DNA of 64,000 nt. Origin: an uncultured Acidobacteriota bacterium. GTDB lineage: Bacteria > Acidobacteriota > Blastocatellia > RBC074. Positions 9,313 to 19,225 of this stretch are shown one piece after another. Numbering within the stretch: the stretch's first letter is position 1; every line of letters starts with the position of its first letter. The notes under the pieces were generated by a model that was given only the letters and a program-made list of their open reading frames with translations, was not told where the DNA came from and made no database searches. Made by a program: the position numbers and the translations under genes. Where the stretch lies: positions 2,528,001 through 2,592,000 of the forward strand of contig CAWCKY010000006.1 in assembly GCA_963796275.1 (NCBI GenBank). The letters are read 5' to 3'.

Positions 9313-11576
9313 ATAGCGCACAGAATGAAATTGCGCAGAATCCTGTTACAGCGAAATTTCTCTATCTCTGACCTTCCTTTAGGTTATGGCGGAAAAGAAG
9401 GCTTCAAAGGAGCATAAAGCGCGTGGTCATTCGGCAATCGCGCAATCTCATTTTAGCTTGCCACAATTTGAACGTGTAAGTCTGTGGGAGAGATCGACGA
9501 GGCTTAATGGAGGTTTTCCGACGAATGTGGTAATGCCCACATCACTTCGATGAGGCACCTTTGCTCTTGCTCGACTGTCGTTCGGGCGTATATTGACCAT
9601 CCACTCTACATTTTTCTGGAGGTCAAGGAATGCCCACACAGCTCGCCCTTTCGTTCGACGCTGTCCCCGTCACCTGCGAAGTTCAACAACGCTATCATTC
9701 CATCGCCCCCTGCCTCGCCGGAATCGGCACTCCGGCCGAACAGGCACAAGCGCTCAATCTTGGTTACTCGACCGTCACTCGCTGGCTACGCGAATTTCGT
9801 GAAAAGGGCATGCTGGGACTCTTTCCGGAAACTCAGTTCCCGCGTGACCCCTACACTCCGGAGTGCGTCATCGTGCAGTCGATCTTTTTCAAATGCTGCG
9901 CGCCGAAAGCGGGCGACCGCGAACTGGCGCGTGTCGCTCACCACCTGACCGGACATCGGATTGATCACCATACCGTCAAAGCTCTCTGCGAACGCTTCTT
10001 CTTCTGGCGGCATCCTGAGTTTCAGCAGCTCGTCCGCTATCCGGTCCCAACTGATCCGCAGGCGCTGCGTCTGGAGGTGGTCCGACTAAGTCAGCAGGGC
10101 TGGACAGAGACCCGAACTGCCGAATTGCTGCGCACCTCACGCAAGACAGTTCGCAAATGGTTGCGCCGCGCACGACAGCAGGCGCAACAGAGTGACGGTT
10201 CACAGCCTCTGCTAATCGATCTGCCGCGCGCTCCTCACCACCCACGGCGCAAGGTCTATTTCGGGGCTATTCATGCCGTCCTCACGCTGCAAAAGAAATA
10301 CGGCTATGCTGGATGGTTCCGCATCAAGGGGTATCTGGAACAGGACTACGGCATCTATCTCAGCTCGACCACGATCAAGAAGATCATGGCACTTAATCGC
10401 CGCCTCCATCTGGCGCCGCAACGCCCCACGGTCATTGTTGAAGTACGCGATCCACGCGAGGGGCCGAAGAAAAGTCATCACCCGTTCGAGCACACTTACG
10501 TTGACTTGCGCTACCTCGACGCCAAGCCCGCCGGCGTACAACTCTATTCCTGTCTGCTGTTGGAAGGATTCTCCAGAACCATCCTCGCCGGCTCGCTCAC
10601 GCCGGAACAGGGGGTCGGTGTGGTCCTGCACGTCTATTTTCAGGCGCTGCTGCGCTGGGGACTTTGGAAAGAGTTGGTCTCTGATCACGGAGGCCAGTTC
10701 ATCAGCCACGATTTCGCGCGCGTCAATAAGCGGCTCGGCATTCACCACCACCTCTATGAAAAAGGTCACCCCTGGCAGAACCTGATTGAGAGCCAGTTCG
10801 GCATTCAAGCCCGAATCGGCGAATATCGTTGGGAACAATGCCAGAGCGTCGAGGCCGCAGTCGAATTTCATCGCGATCTGATCCGCGATCACAATCGCTT
10901 GCCGCACTGGGCGCATCGCCAGCGCAACGACGAGAAGCACTCGCCTCTGGCGGTTCTTGGAGAGGCAAGAGGCGCACGCATCGAACTTGCCGACCTGCAG
11001 CGGGCCTTCGGGCAGCGCTATTGTCAGCGGATGACCGACGCCCGCGGTTTCGTCAAGATCGGAGACTGGAAGATATATGTCGAAGATGGCTTACCTCGAA
11101 CTCCCGTGCAGCTTTCGTACTGGGATGGACGATTACGGGCTGAGTATCAGTCTCGGCTCCTGACGGAATATCAGTGCAAATGGACCAAGCAGTCTGCCCG
11201 CCCGACAGTCATTTCGCATCCGCAATATCACGCTCACCCGTTTCAGTCGAGACAGATGTCTCTCTTTGACCCGTTGTGGGTGCGAGACCCGATAGAACCT
11301 GAGAACCAAAAGACTCAAAGACCTGGGAGGAAACCAGCTGAAGCCAAACAGTTACGGCTGTATCTTGGGCCGGAGCTAATTAAATCCGCGTAGGGTCTTG
11401 ACTCCACAATCTATTGGAATAGTACGCTCATTTGAAATTCCCCACTGCTGTAACCCATGTTGATGTCCACCGCACGGCCGACCGCCTGAAAATGAACGGG
11501 AACCCGATAACTGAATTCTGACAGCATCGCGCCCGTGAGGTTTTCAACATGTGCGCAATTATACATATAGCGCTAT
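9313..11576. mobile_element. Putative insertion sequence bounded by imperfect inverted repeats
   Basis: ATAGCGC-N9-AATTGCGCA at 9313-9337 and its reverse complement with the same spacing at 11552-11576; no target duplication seen. Confidence 0.45.
9630..11393 (+). CDS. DDE transposase/integrase (HTH-HTH-rve; IS481/Mu-like)
   Basis: HTH segments STVTRWLREF and KTVRKWLRR; catalytic YVDLRY, VSDHGGQF, NLIESQF; GGAGG RBS. Confidence 0.88.
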   Translation: MPTQLALSFDAVPVTCEVQQRYHSIAPCLAGIGTPAEQAQALNLGYSTVTRWLREFREKGMLGLFPETQFPRDPYTPECVIVQSIFFKCCAPKAGDRELARVAHHLTGHRIDHHTVKALCERFFFWRHPEFQQLVRYPVPTDPQALRLEVVRLSQQGWTETRTAELLRTSRKTVRKWLRRARQQAQQSDGSQPLLIDLPRAPHHPRRKVYFGAIHAVLTLQKKYGYAGWFRIKGYLEQDYGIYLSSTTIKKIMALNRRLHLAPQRPTVIVEVRDPREGPKKSHHPFEHTYVDLRYLDAKPAGVQLYSCLLLEGFSRTILAGSLTPEQGVGVVLHVYFQALLRWGLWKELVSDHGGQFISHDFARVNKRLGIHHHLYEKGHPWQNLIESQFGIQARIGEYRWEQCQSVEAAVEFHRDLIRDHNRLPHWAHRQRNDEKHSPLAVLGEARGARIELADLQRAFGQRYCQRMTDARGFVKIGDWKIYVEDGLPRTPVQLSYWDGRLRAEYQSRLLTEYQCKWTKQSARPTVISHPQYHAHPFQSRQMSLFDPLWVRDPIEPENQKTQRPGRKPAEAKQLRLYLGPELIKSA

Positions 11577-11761
11577 AACGGACAATAACCGGCGAGAGAC
11601 ATGCAAATTAGATGTTATGGATGTTGGCGCTCAAGCCCTTGAATGCGGGCCAACTAGCAGTCTACGTCTTTCTCAGAAACACGCCTGTTCATAGTGCGGC
11701 TCCCGGCCGTTGAAGCAGAGTTCCACATCAGCTCGATTCGGCGCGCAATGATGCGATGTGT

Positions 11762-12030
11762 TCATTCCTTGTTCGACGAACCGAATATATATGCGAGTGT
11801 AACCGGGCTTTTGTTAGCGGCGTTGAAAAACCATAGGAGCAGGAGGCCCGTACAGAACCCCGCGCCAATCCAGCGCAACAGCCCAGTCCCGAAGACGACC
11901 GTGGCATTGAAGAAAATGAAGATCAGAAAGCCGTGCCAGATCGCGGTCAGTAGTCGCGGACGTCTGCGGTAAGCTTCAGGCCACCCCCACCACCAGATAA
12001 CGTCTATCACCCAGCCCAGGACAGCTTTAG
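11762..12030 (-). pseudogene. C-terminal fragment of a membrane protein
   Basis: WWW...WHGFLIFIFFNATVVFG hydrophobic segments; no credible start or RBS. Confidence 0.5.
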
Positions 12031-12071
12031 TCATTTCTTATCAAGCTTCTCCAGGAGCGCCCGTGAAAATC

Positions 12072-12124
12072 TTGACAGATTCATGATTTCCCTTATTATC
12101 GCGGCATAGATATTTGCGCAAATA
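12072..12124 (+). promoter_or_regulatory. Sigma70-like promoter with downstream palindromic operator
   Basis: TTGACA(12072)-16-TATTAT; perfect 14-bp palindrome TATTTGCGCAAATA at 12111-12124. Confidence 0.55.
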
Positions 12125-12522
12125 CGCATATATTTTCTGTCCTGTTTGCTCATCGCGGGCTGGGCGGCGTGGGCGTCGCAATCAATCCTCGGGTGCATCT
12201 GGGACAGAGTTACAGATAGCGAGCATAAGCCCCTTACCGGCGCGTATCCCTTGTCATCGAAGAAGAAAAAATCGGAGCCGGGCCGCCAGTACGGGCGATA
12301 GCGGCGGATTCGTGTTGCCTGACGGCAGTTGCCGCGTGGAGACAAGTAACTCCGGCTACCAGAAGTCTGTGTGCACGGTAGACCGGCTGATCAAAAAATC
12401 AGGAAATTGTCATCACGATTCAGCTGCTGCCCGAAATATTCACTGAGTACGGCCTGGCGGGATCGGGGGCTGGTGTGCGTAGAGGGCTGACGCTCAATCT
12501 CCTGGAGAAATTAACCATCCAT

Positions 12523-13941
12523 ATGAAGAAGCAGATGCGCCTGAACGCGTTGGACATGAACTGTGTAGGGTGTTGTCCTGGCCTGTGGCTTCACCCCGAG
12601 GATCAAACTATCCGCTACAACACGCTCGAATATTGGACGGAGATGGCCCTCGTGCTGGAGCGAGGCTTATTCGACTCGCTGTTTATTGCAGACATCTATG
12701 GCATCTACGACGTGTACGGAGGCAATCCGGAAGCAGCGTTCCGCAATGCCGTTGAATTTCCCGTAAACGATCCGTTCCTGTTAGTTCCGGCGATGGCTAT
12801 GGTCACTAATCATCTTTCATTCGGCATCACGGGCACGGTGACTTATGAGCCGCCGTACAGTTTCGCGCGGAGACTTTCCACACTCGACCATCTGACCAAC
12901 GGGAGGATCGCCTGGAACATCGTGACCGGCTATCTGGAGAGCGCGGCTAAAGCCTTCGGCCAACACGAACAGCTCCCGCACGATGAGCGATATGCATTGG
13001 CGAACGAATATATGGAGGTGGTCTATAAGCTTTGGGAGGGAAGCTGGGAAGACGGTGCTGTCCTGCGCGACAAAGTAAACCGGATATTTGCCAGGCCTGA
13101 GAAGATTCATAAAGTCCGTCATCAGGGGAAATATTTTCGAATGGAGGCCTACCACATCTGCGAGCCTTCGCCGCAGCGCACGCCCGTGCTGTTTCAAGCG
13201 GGCGCTTCTTCCAAGGGCCGGCAGTTCGCCGCTCAGCACGCGGAGTGTGTCTTCGTCTCCGGCCCGAACCGGAAAATAGTGGCCGGCATCGTATCAGACA
13301 TACGGAAACGCGCTGCGGAGCATGGACGCGATCCTAACAGTCTGATCATCTTCGCCGGAGTTGGGGTGATCACGGGACAGACGGATGCGGAGGCGCAAGC
13401 CAAACTGGCAGATTATCGCAAGCACGTCAGCATCGAAGGCGCACTGGCTCTATTTGGCGGCTACATGGGAATCGACTTTGCCAAATACGATCTGGATCAG
13501 ACGCTTGAGTATGTAGAGATCGACGCCATTCAGACGTTTATGGAGAGTTTTACCAAGGCCGATCCCACCCGCCGGTGGACGCTGCGTGAGATCGCCGAGT
13601 ATTTGAACACTGGGAGAACCACGCTGGTAGGCTCTCCGTCGACTGTGGCAGACGAACTCATCGACTGGATGGACGAAACCGGAGTGGATGGCTTCAATAT
13701 CCGTTATCTCGTCAGTCCAGGCGACATTATCGCTTTCGTAGACCTGGTTGTTCCCGAGTTACAGCGCCGCGGCGTTTATAAGACCAGCTACGAGGAAGGC
13801 ACGTTCAGGGAAAAGCTGTACGGAAAGGGGCGGAATTACCTTCCCGATGACCACCCGGCGGCGAATTACCGGTATGGCCACCCGAAGTTCGATTCCTCGG
13901 CAGTTTCGACTGAGAGAGCAAAAGCCCCTAGCCACCGATAG
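12523..13941 (+). CDS. LLM-class flavin-dependent monooxygenase (DszA/NtaA/SoxA family)
   Basis: LERGLFDSLFIAD, ARRLSTLDHLTNGRIAWNIVTG, PSPQRTPVLFQAG, VPELQRRG; start at ATG12523. Confidence 0.95.
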   Translation: MKKQMRLNALDMNCVGCCPGLWLHPEDQTIRYNTLEYWTEMALVLERGLFDSLFIADIYGIYDVYGGNPEAAFRNAVEFPVNDPFLLVPAMAMVTNHLSFGITGTVTYEPPYSFARRLSTLDHLTNGRIAWNIVTGYLESAAKAFGQHEQLPHDERYALANEYMEVVYKLWEGSWEDGAVLRDKVNRIFARPEKIHKVRHQGKYFRMEAYHICEPSPQRTPVLFQAGASSKGRQFAAQHAECVFVSGPNRKIVAGIVSDIRKRAAEHGRDPNSLIIFAGVGVITGQTDAEAQAKLADYRKHVSIEGALALFGGYMGIDFAKYDLDQTLEYVEIDAIQTFMESFTKADPTRRWTLREIAEYLNTGRTTLVGSPSTVADELIDWMDETGVDGFNIRYLVSPGDIIAFVDLVVPELQRRGVYKTSYEEGTFREKLYGKGRNYLPDDHPAANYRYGHPKFDSSAVSTERAKAPSHR

Positions 13942-14108
13942 GCCTGTGAGCACGAGCGAAGGGAAACGATCTGGAAGCGATCATTCGATGCGACAGATTC
14001 CATGAAGAAATATCGATGAATACGGGCCACTCGAATCGATCCAGCGAAATTCAGAAGATAAAGCGGTGCCGCATACCGATTCATTCAAACCTATAGAGGA
14101 GAATTGTC

Positions 14109-17100
14109 TTGAATAATCTACGACGGGGCTCGATCCTCATCGCATGCTTGCTCTCACTGACTCGCCTTGCATCTGCTCAAGGTTCAGGCGTTGTTGTCGG
14201 AACCATTACTGACAGCACCGGTAACGTAGTACCACGCGCGAAGGTTGTAGCGGTCAATCTCAGTACCTTGATCGAGAGAACTACAGTGGCTACCGACGCA
14301 GGAGAATTTCAGATTCCGGGACTCCCGGCCGGAAACTACACAATCGAAGTCTCTCACTCCGGTTTCAAGGCGCTGAAGAGCTCCGAGCTCGCCGTCAACG
14401 TAGGACAGGAACGACGCGTCAATCTGACTCTCGAGGTTGGCGCCGTGAGTGAGACCGTCACCGTGCAGGCAACCGCGGCTGCAGCAGTAACTGAAACGGC
14501 AACGCTCTCAACAGTCGTGGATCAGAGAAGCATCGTCGATCTCCCGCTCAATGGCAGGCAATTGCAGAATCTGGCGCTGCTGGTGCCTGGTGTGACCGCC
14601 AGTTGGCGGAGAACAACGGCAGCAGACCGTTACGCCAAGGCACGAGAGGGCCTATCGGGTGCATTCGTCGTGAATGGCGCTCGCCCACGGTCCAACGATT
14701 TCATTCTCGATGGCGTGCCGATGAACCTGCTGCAGTATGGAGTGGTAAATTTCATTCCATCGAACGAAGCCGTCCAGGAATTCGAGATCAAGACCAGCGT
14801 TCCCCAAGCAGAATATGGCAGGGCGATGGGCTCCACGGTGAACATGGTCACGCGCGGCGGTACCAACGGTTATCATGGGAGTCTCTACGAGTTCTTCCGC
14901 AATGACTGGATGGACGCCAATAATACCTTTAACAAACGGAGCAATGTCGGACGCGGCGTGCTTCGGCAGAACCAGTTCGGTGGATCGTTTGGCGGCCCTA
15001 TCGTTCGGAACAAACATTTCTTCTTCGCTAACACAGAACTTACGCGTATCGTGGAGGGGGTGGAATCACGCCTCACCAGCGTGCCCACTCCCGCCGAGAA
15101 GGCAGGCATGATTGAGTACGCTGACGCGGCCGGAACGCGCCAGGTCCTCGATCTTTCTGGACGCATAACACCGCTATCGGCCAGGCTGCTGCAGTTCTAT
15201 CCGCTGCCGAATGTTTCCACGACCACCGGATTCAACTACAACGCGCCGCAAACGATCTTGCTCAATGATTACCAGGTGCATGCTCGCACCGACCATCACC
15301 TTACCGACCGAGATACGGTGATGGCTCGTGTCTCGTGGAATCTGAACGACCAGGATTATCTGATCTATCGTTTTGGCGGCCCGTTCGTTCCCGGATTCAA
15401 TTTGCCGAATCCGGAGACTACTTCCAACGGAACTGTGGGCCACCTGCATACCTTCGGCACGAACATGGTGAACGAGTTGCGTGTTGGGTGGACGCGCTAC
15501 TCCAACGATCTCGGAAATGGGGACCAGACCAGCGCGACCGAAATCGGCCTTCCCAACGGCTATGATATCGCACCAGGTATACCTGCCATTAACTTCCTGG
15601 CTGGCGGCATTGCCGACATAGGCGGGCGAAGCCTGTACGGGAGCCGCTGGCAGAACGAGACATCGGGCCTGCTCTCGGATACGCTCAGTTGGAGCCGAGG
15701 CCGTCACAATTTCAAAACGGGCGGCCAGGTCGCTCGCTATCACCTCAATACCCGGGGCGCCATCAATCAGCGCGGCACAGTCGAGTTTGACGGTTCGCGG
15801 AATAGCCTGATTCCAGCGACTACGGCCAATGCCCGCGCGAATACGCTGGCTGATCTGCTGCTCGGGCTGCCCGTTCGCGCATCCATCACGATCGGCGAGT
15901 TCGGACGCGGGTACCGGCAATGGGCATACGCTGGGTTTATTCAAGATGGCTGGCGCGCGACGTCAAAACTGACGGTGAATCTCGGTCTCCGATACGAAAA
16001 CAACGTGCCCTGGACGGAAGTGAATGGAAAACTCACCAACCTGGTTCCCGGCGGCTCGCTCGAGGTGGTGGGCAGCTCTGCCTTGAAGAACTTCTATCAA
16101 CCCGATCGCAACAATTTCGGTCCTCGCGTGGGACTGGCGTACGATCTTTCCGGCAACGGCAAAACCGTAATCAGGGCCGGATTCGGGATGGTCTACGAAA
16201 CTCTGCAACAAACGAACTCGGTGCAGCCCGTGGAAAACAATCCGCCGTATTCGCTGCCCGCCGTGGTTCGTCTGCCGGCGCCGTTCTCTACGACCGGCGC
16301 GCCATCGACCACGCTGCTCGATCTCCGAACTTCGGCGCAGCCCTCTCGCGCGATCGCAGTGGTCGGTGTAGATGATTTCCGCAATCCCTACGCGATGCAG
16401 ACCAACTTCTCGATCCAGCGCATGCTGACGCCGCAGTTGCTCATGGAAGTGGGATACGCCGGAACGCGAGGCGTGAGGCTGCCGGTCTTCACCGATTTGA
16501 ACCAGGCGCCGCTCGAAAGGCTGACCCCGGCGCAGCGCAACTCGATTGCCGCCGAGATTGCCGCGGGACGCGACACAACGCCGATTCTGTCGCAACTTCG
16601 TCCTTATCCCCAATACGACTCCATCACCTTCAGTTCGAACGCCGCGTCGTCCACTTACCACAGTCTGCAGCTGAAGTTGGAGAAGCGATTCGGTACCGGG
16701 CCGATGCTTCTCGGGTCCTACACATTCGGAAAATCGATCGACAACGCAAGCGACCACGCATCGACTGATTCCTCGGAGATGGTCCTGGACTCGAATAATC
16801 TGGCGCATCAGCGAGGGCTTTCGAGCTTCGATATCGAGCATCGGTTTAGCCTCGCTTTTAACTACGATCTTCCCTTCAAACAGTTTCTTCCCGGACCGAA
16901 GGGACTCCTCGACGGTTGGCAGGTCAACGGCATCATTTCCCTGCAGACCGGCCAGCCGCTCACGCCGTTCGTGAACACGCTCGACCCATACCGCAACGAA
17001 TCCTTCAACCGGCCCAACCTGATCGGCGATCCGAATGCCAACGTTCCCGCGGGCTATGCCTTTAACCCGGCGGCATTCCAACTTGCCGCCCCGGGGACAT

Positions 17101-17339
17101 TCGGAAACGCGGGGCGGAATATCGTTCGAGGCGACGGTTTCCGCAGCGTGGACATGTCACTGTTCAAGAACATTCGGATCAGCGAACGGATTGGTTTGCA
17201 GATGCGATTCGAATCGGTGAACAGCTTCAACCATACGAACTTTCAGGCGCCGGTTACGAATCTTGCGGCGAATGCGGGGTTGTATATCGCTGCCGCCCAA
17301 CCGAGGATATTGCAACTGGGATGTAAGCTATCTTTCTAG
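14109..17339 (+). CDS. Oar-like TonB-dependent receptor with N-terminal carboxypeptidase-regulatory-like domain
   Basis: Signal peptide, LPLNGR, GSLYEFFRND, GLRYE, terminal KLSF; GAGGAG RBS before TTG. Confidence 0.95.
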   Translation: MNNLRRGSILIACLLSLTRLASAQGSGVVVGTITDSTGNVVPRAKVVAVNLSTLIERTTVATDAGEFQIPGLPAGNYTIEVSHSGFKALKSSELAVNVGQERRVNLTLEVGAVSETVTVQATAAAAVTETATLSTVVDQRSIVDLPLNGRQLQNLALLVPGVTASWRRTTAADRYAKAREGLSGAFVVNGARPRSNDFILDGVPMNLLQYGVVNFIPSNEAVQEFEIKTSVPQAEYGRAMGSTVNMVTRGGTNGYHGSLYEFFRNDWMDANNTFNKRSNVGRGVLRQNQFGGSFGGPIVRNKHFFFANTELTRIVEGVESRLTSVPTPAEKAGMIEYADAAGTRQVLDLSGRITPLSARLLQFYPLPNVSTTTGFNYNAPQTILLNDYQVHARTDHHLTDRDTVMARVSWNLNDQDYLIYRFGGPFVPGFNLPNPETTSNGTVGHLHTFGTNMVNELRVGWTRYSNDLGNGDQTSATEIGLPNGYDIAPGIPAINFLAGGIADIGGRSLYGSRWQNETSGLLSDTLSWSRGRHNFKTGGQVARYHLNTRGAINQRGTVEFDGSRNSLIPATTANARANTLADLLLGLPVRASITIGEFGRGYRQWAYAGFIQDGWRATSKLTVNLGLRYENNVPWTEVNGKLTNLVPGGSLEVVGSSALKNFYQPDRNNFGPRVGLAYDLSGNGKTVIRAGFGMVYETLQQTNSVQPVENNPPYSLPAVVRLPAPFSTTGAPSTTLLDLRTSAQPSRAIAVVGVDDFRNPYAMQTNFSIQRMLTPQLLMEVGYAGTRGVRLPVFTDLNQAPLERLTPAQRNSIAAEIAAGRDTTPILSQLRPYPQYDSITFSSNAASSTYHSLQLKLEKRFGTGPMLLGSYTFGKSIDNASDHASTDSSEMVLDSNNLAHQRGLSSFDIEHRFSLAFNYDLPFKQFLPGPKGLLDGWQVNGIISLQTGQPLTPFVNTLDPYRNESFNRPNLIGDPNANVPAGYAFNPAAFQLAAPGTFGNAGRNIVRGDGFRSVDMSLFKNIRISERIGLQMRFESVNSFNHTNFQAPVTNLAANAGLYIAAAQPRILQLGCKLSF

Positions 17340-17556
17340 TCGCTGGAGCGCGATGACTCGATGACATTGAACAAACTTTGGGAGACTGTGGTGGTGGACA
17401 TGCCGGCGAAAACGAGACGGCATTTCTGAGCTATGCCACGCTCTTTCAAAGCGGATATCCGCATCGAAGTTGGCGCGGCTCGTTCGCCGGAATAATCAAT
17501 CGACTCGCGTACGAATTGCCGAAAGGGAAGAGGCCATTGGAGGCCATCCGTCAAAT

Positions 17557-17973
17557 TTAAGCTTTCTTTGCCTCGCTCAACGAAAACCAGTTGCCAGAAT
17601 CGTCTTCAAAGACGGCATTGAAGCCGTAAAACTCTTTTGTAGGTTCCTTGGTAAATTTCACGCCTTTTGCTTTCAGCTCTTCGTAGGTCGCGAGCATGTC
17701 GTCGCATTCGAACACGGCAAATCCAAACGTGTTTTTCTTCACCAGTTCGCGCATGATCGCCGCCGATTCCGCGTTAAACATCATCTTGTCGTCGATCGCC
17801 ATCAGGGTGATCTCAAGGTCAGGCTGCTCCGGCGGATTGACCGTCAGCCAGCGGCCTTTCGGACCCATCTCGGCATCGGTGTTCACTTTGAACCCGAGCT
17901 TGTTTACATAAAAATCGTAGGCGCTCTTCTGGTCCAGCACAAAGATCGAAAAATGGTTCGCTTTAGTTATCAT
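17557..17973 (-). CDS. VOC/glyoxalase family protein
   Basis: FYVNKLGF, RWLTV, LKAKGVKF, FEDDSGNW; start at ATG17973 after GGAGG. Confidence 0.92.
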   Translation of the reverse strand: MITKANHFSIFVLDQKSAYDFYVNKLGFKVNTDAEMGPKGRWLTVNPPEQPDLEITLMAIDDKMMFNAESAAIMRELVKKNTFGFAVFECDDMLATYEELKAKGVKFTKEPTKEFYGFNAVFEDDSGNWFSLSEAKKA

Positions 17974-18259
17974 TTCTTCTTCCTCCAAGACTGTGATGTT
18001 GGAAGAATACAGGGAAGGGAACCGGCGTGCTTCTCGAAAATTGCTATTCTCGTATTGCGCCCTGCAAAAAACTCCCCTCCTTGTCAAAGAGGGGCGGCAC
18101 GATGAAGCCATGGCGAGGTGGTCACTGCTTTGTCAGAAACAACTGGGTAGGTCTTGCGCGGCCATCCATTCACGACTTGTTGCTTTCGTGCTTTATCATG
18201 TGATGCATCGTTAAAACCGGTTCGGCTTTCTCACGAATCAAACTAAATACACAAAAGAC

Positions 18260-18676
18260 TCACTGAAAACGCATCGCAAAACATCCCGGAATGAACCTTA
18301 GCGGTTCTTTACTGATCTCAGCTTTGCGTTCGAGCTGCTGCCGTTGGTATTCGGAAGGCGTCACACCGGTACGGCGTTTAAAGAGCGAGGTGAAACTCCC
18401 CAGGCTGTCAAACCCCACCGCAAAGCACGCCTCCGTCACCGACACTTCCCGTTCCAGCAGTTCCTTGGCCCGCTCGATGCGCACATGCGTCAGGTATTGA
18501 TGTGGCGTCCGCCCATAGATGCTTTTGAACGTGCGGATAAAATGAAACTTCGAGTAACACGCCTCATCCGCGATCTCTCTCGCATCGATCCGCTCGGAAT
18601 AATTGCTGTCTATGAACAGCTTCGCCTGCACGATCCGGCGATAAAGATCTAATTTCGGCAAGTTTTCTGGTGACAT
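18260..18676 (-). CDS. AraC family transcriptional regulator (HTH-only)
   Basis: SKFHFIRTFK..YGRTPHQYL, VTEACFAVGFDSLGSF. Confidence 0.93.
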   Translation of the reverse strand: MSPENLPKLDLYRRIVQAKLFIDSNYSERIDAREIADEACYSKFHFIRTFKSIYGRTPHQYLTHVRIERAKELLEREVSVTEACFAVGFDSLGSFTSLFKRRTGVTPSEYQRQQLERKAEISKEPLRFIPGCFAMRFQ

Positions 18677-18701
18677 TTCTCAATAGACTACTTCAATTCA
18701 A

Positions 18702-19121
18702 TCAGTTGACCAAGGTATGAACAAAATGGGATCCCCCAAATCGCTTAAAGAATAACGGTTCGATCAATGTCCCTTGTTCATCAATTAACTGAAGACTGTG
18801 CAAATAAAAAGTTAAATGGAATCAGCATTTTCTGATCTGAGCGCCAGAGGCGCGGGATGTTTATAGATTCGATCACCAAAGTTCTCACGAGCTCCGGAGG
18901 AGCGACAGGTAGGCATTTATATGTCGCTCCTCCGGAGCTCAGGTTATGGTTAGAATCGTGAGCTATAGACATTACGCGCCTCCGGCGCTGAGATGCGAGA
19001 CTATTGATTCTGTTGGATTTTAATTTGCACAAGCTTCAATTAACTCTTCACGTCCTGCCGTCCTGCCAGGCAGCGAAGCACTCCAATCTATTTTTAGATA
19101 ACTTCCAGGTACTGCTCTCAT
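18702..19121 (-). pseudogene. Small cassette ORF split by the MITE
   Basis: GAGGA RBS and ATG19121 just after the attC core; removing the MITE plus one TSD gives a 54-codon ORF. Confidence 0.5.
18791..19037. mobile_element. MITE copy 1 (247 bp) with 8-bp target duplication
   Basis: TIRs GAAGACTGTGCAAAT / ATTTGCACAAGCTTC (13/15); AATTAACT at 18783-18790 and 19038-19045; internal GAGCTCCGGAGGAGCGACA...TGTCGCTCCTCCGGAGCTC; homolog at 45471. Confidence 0.9.
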
Positions 19122-19144
19122 ATGTCCTCTACCAAGCAAAAGCT

Positions 19145-19219
19145 GTCTAACGTGGCATCAACGGCGTTCACGAAGAAAAGACACGTTAATTGCGCATACG
19201 CTGCATGCCATTCTTAGGT
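19145..19219 (-). other. attC recombination site
   Basis: Minus strand ACCTAAG..GGCATGCAGCG...CGTTGATGCC-AC-GTTAGAC: degenerate inverse core, paired L boxes, GTTRRRY core; 75 bp, just after an ORF stop. Confidence 0.72.
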
Positions 19220-19225
19220 CGCAGC

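Noticed and set aside
9281-11549. Alternative IS ends TGTTGAATACGCTC / GAGGTTTTCAACA (TGT...ACA type)
   Set aside because: Short gapped match with no flanking direct repeat; cannot be preferred over the bipartite repeat
11550-11578. dif-like site (GTGCGCA...)
   Set aside because: Only partial XerC-arm similarity and no XerD arm TTATGTTAAAT
15963-17081. Long antisense ORFs (also 43668-45047, 46228-47133, 10212-10940)
   Set aside because: Shadows of GC-rich real genes; no motifs or RBS
17378-17560. 60-aa ORF ending NRLAYELPKGKRPLEAIRQI
   Set aside because: Looks like a gene tail, but I cannot assign a family or a start
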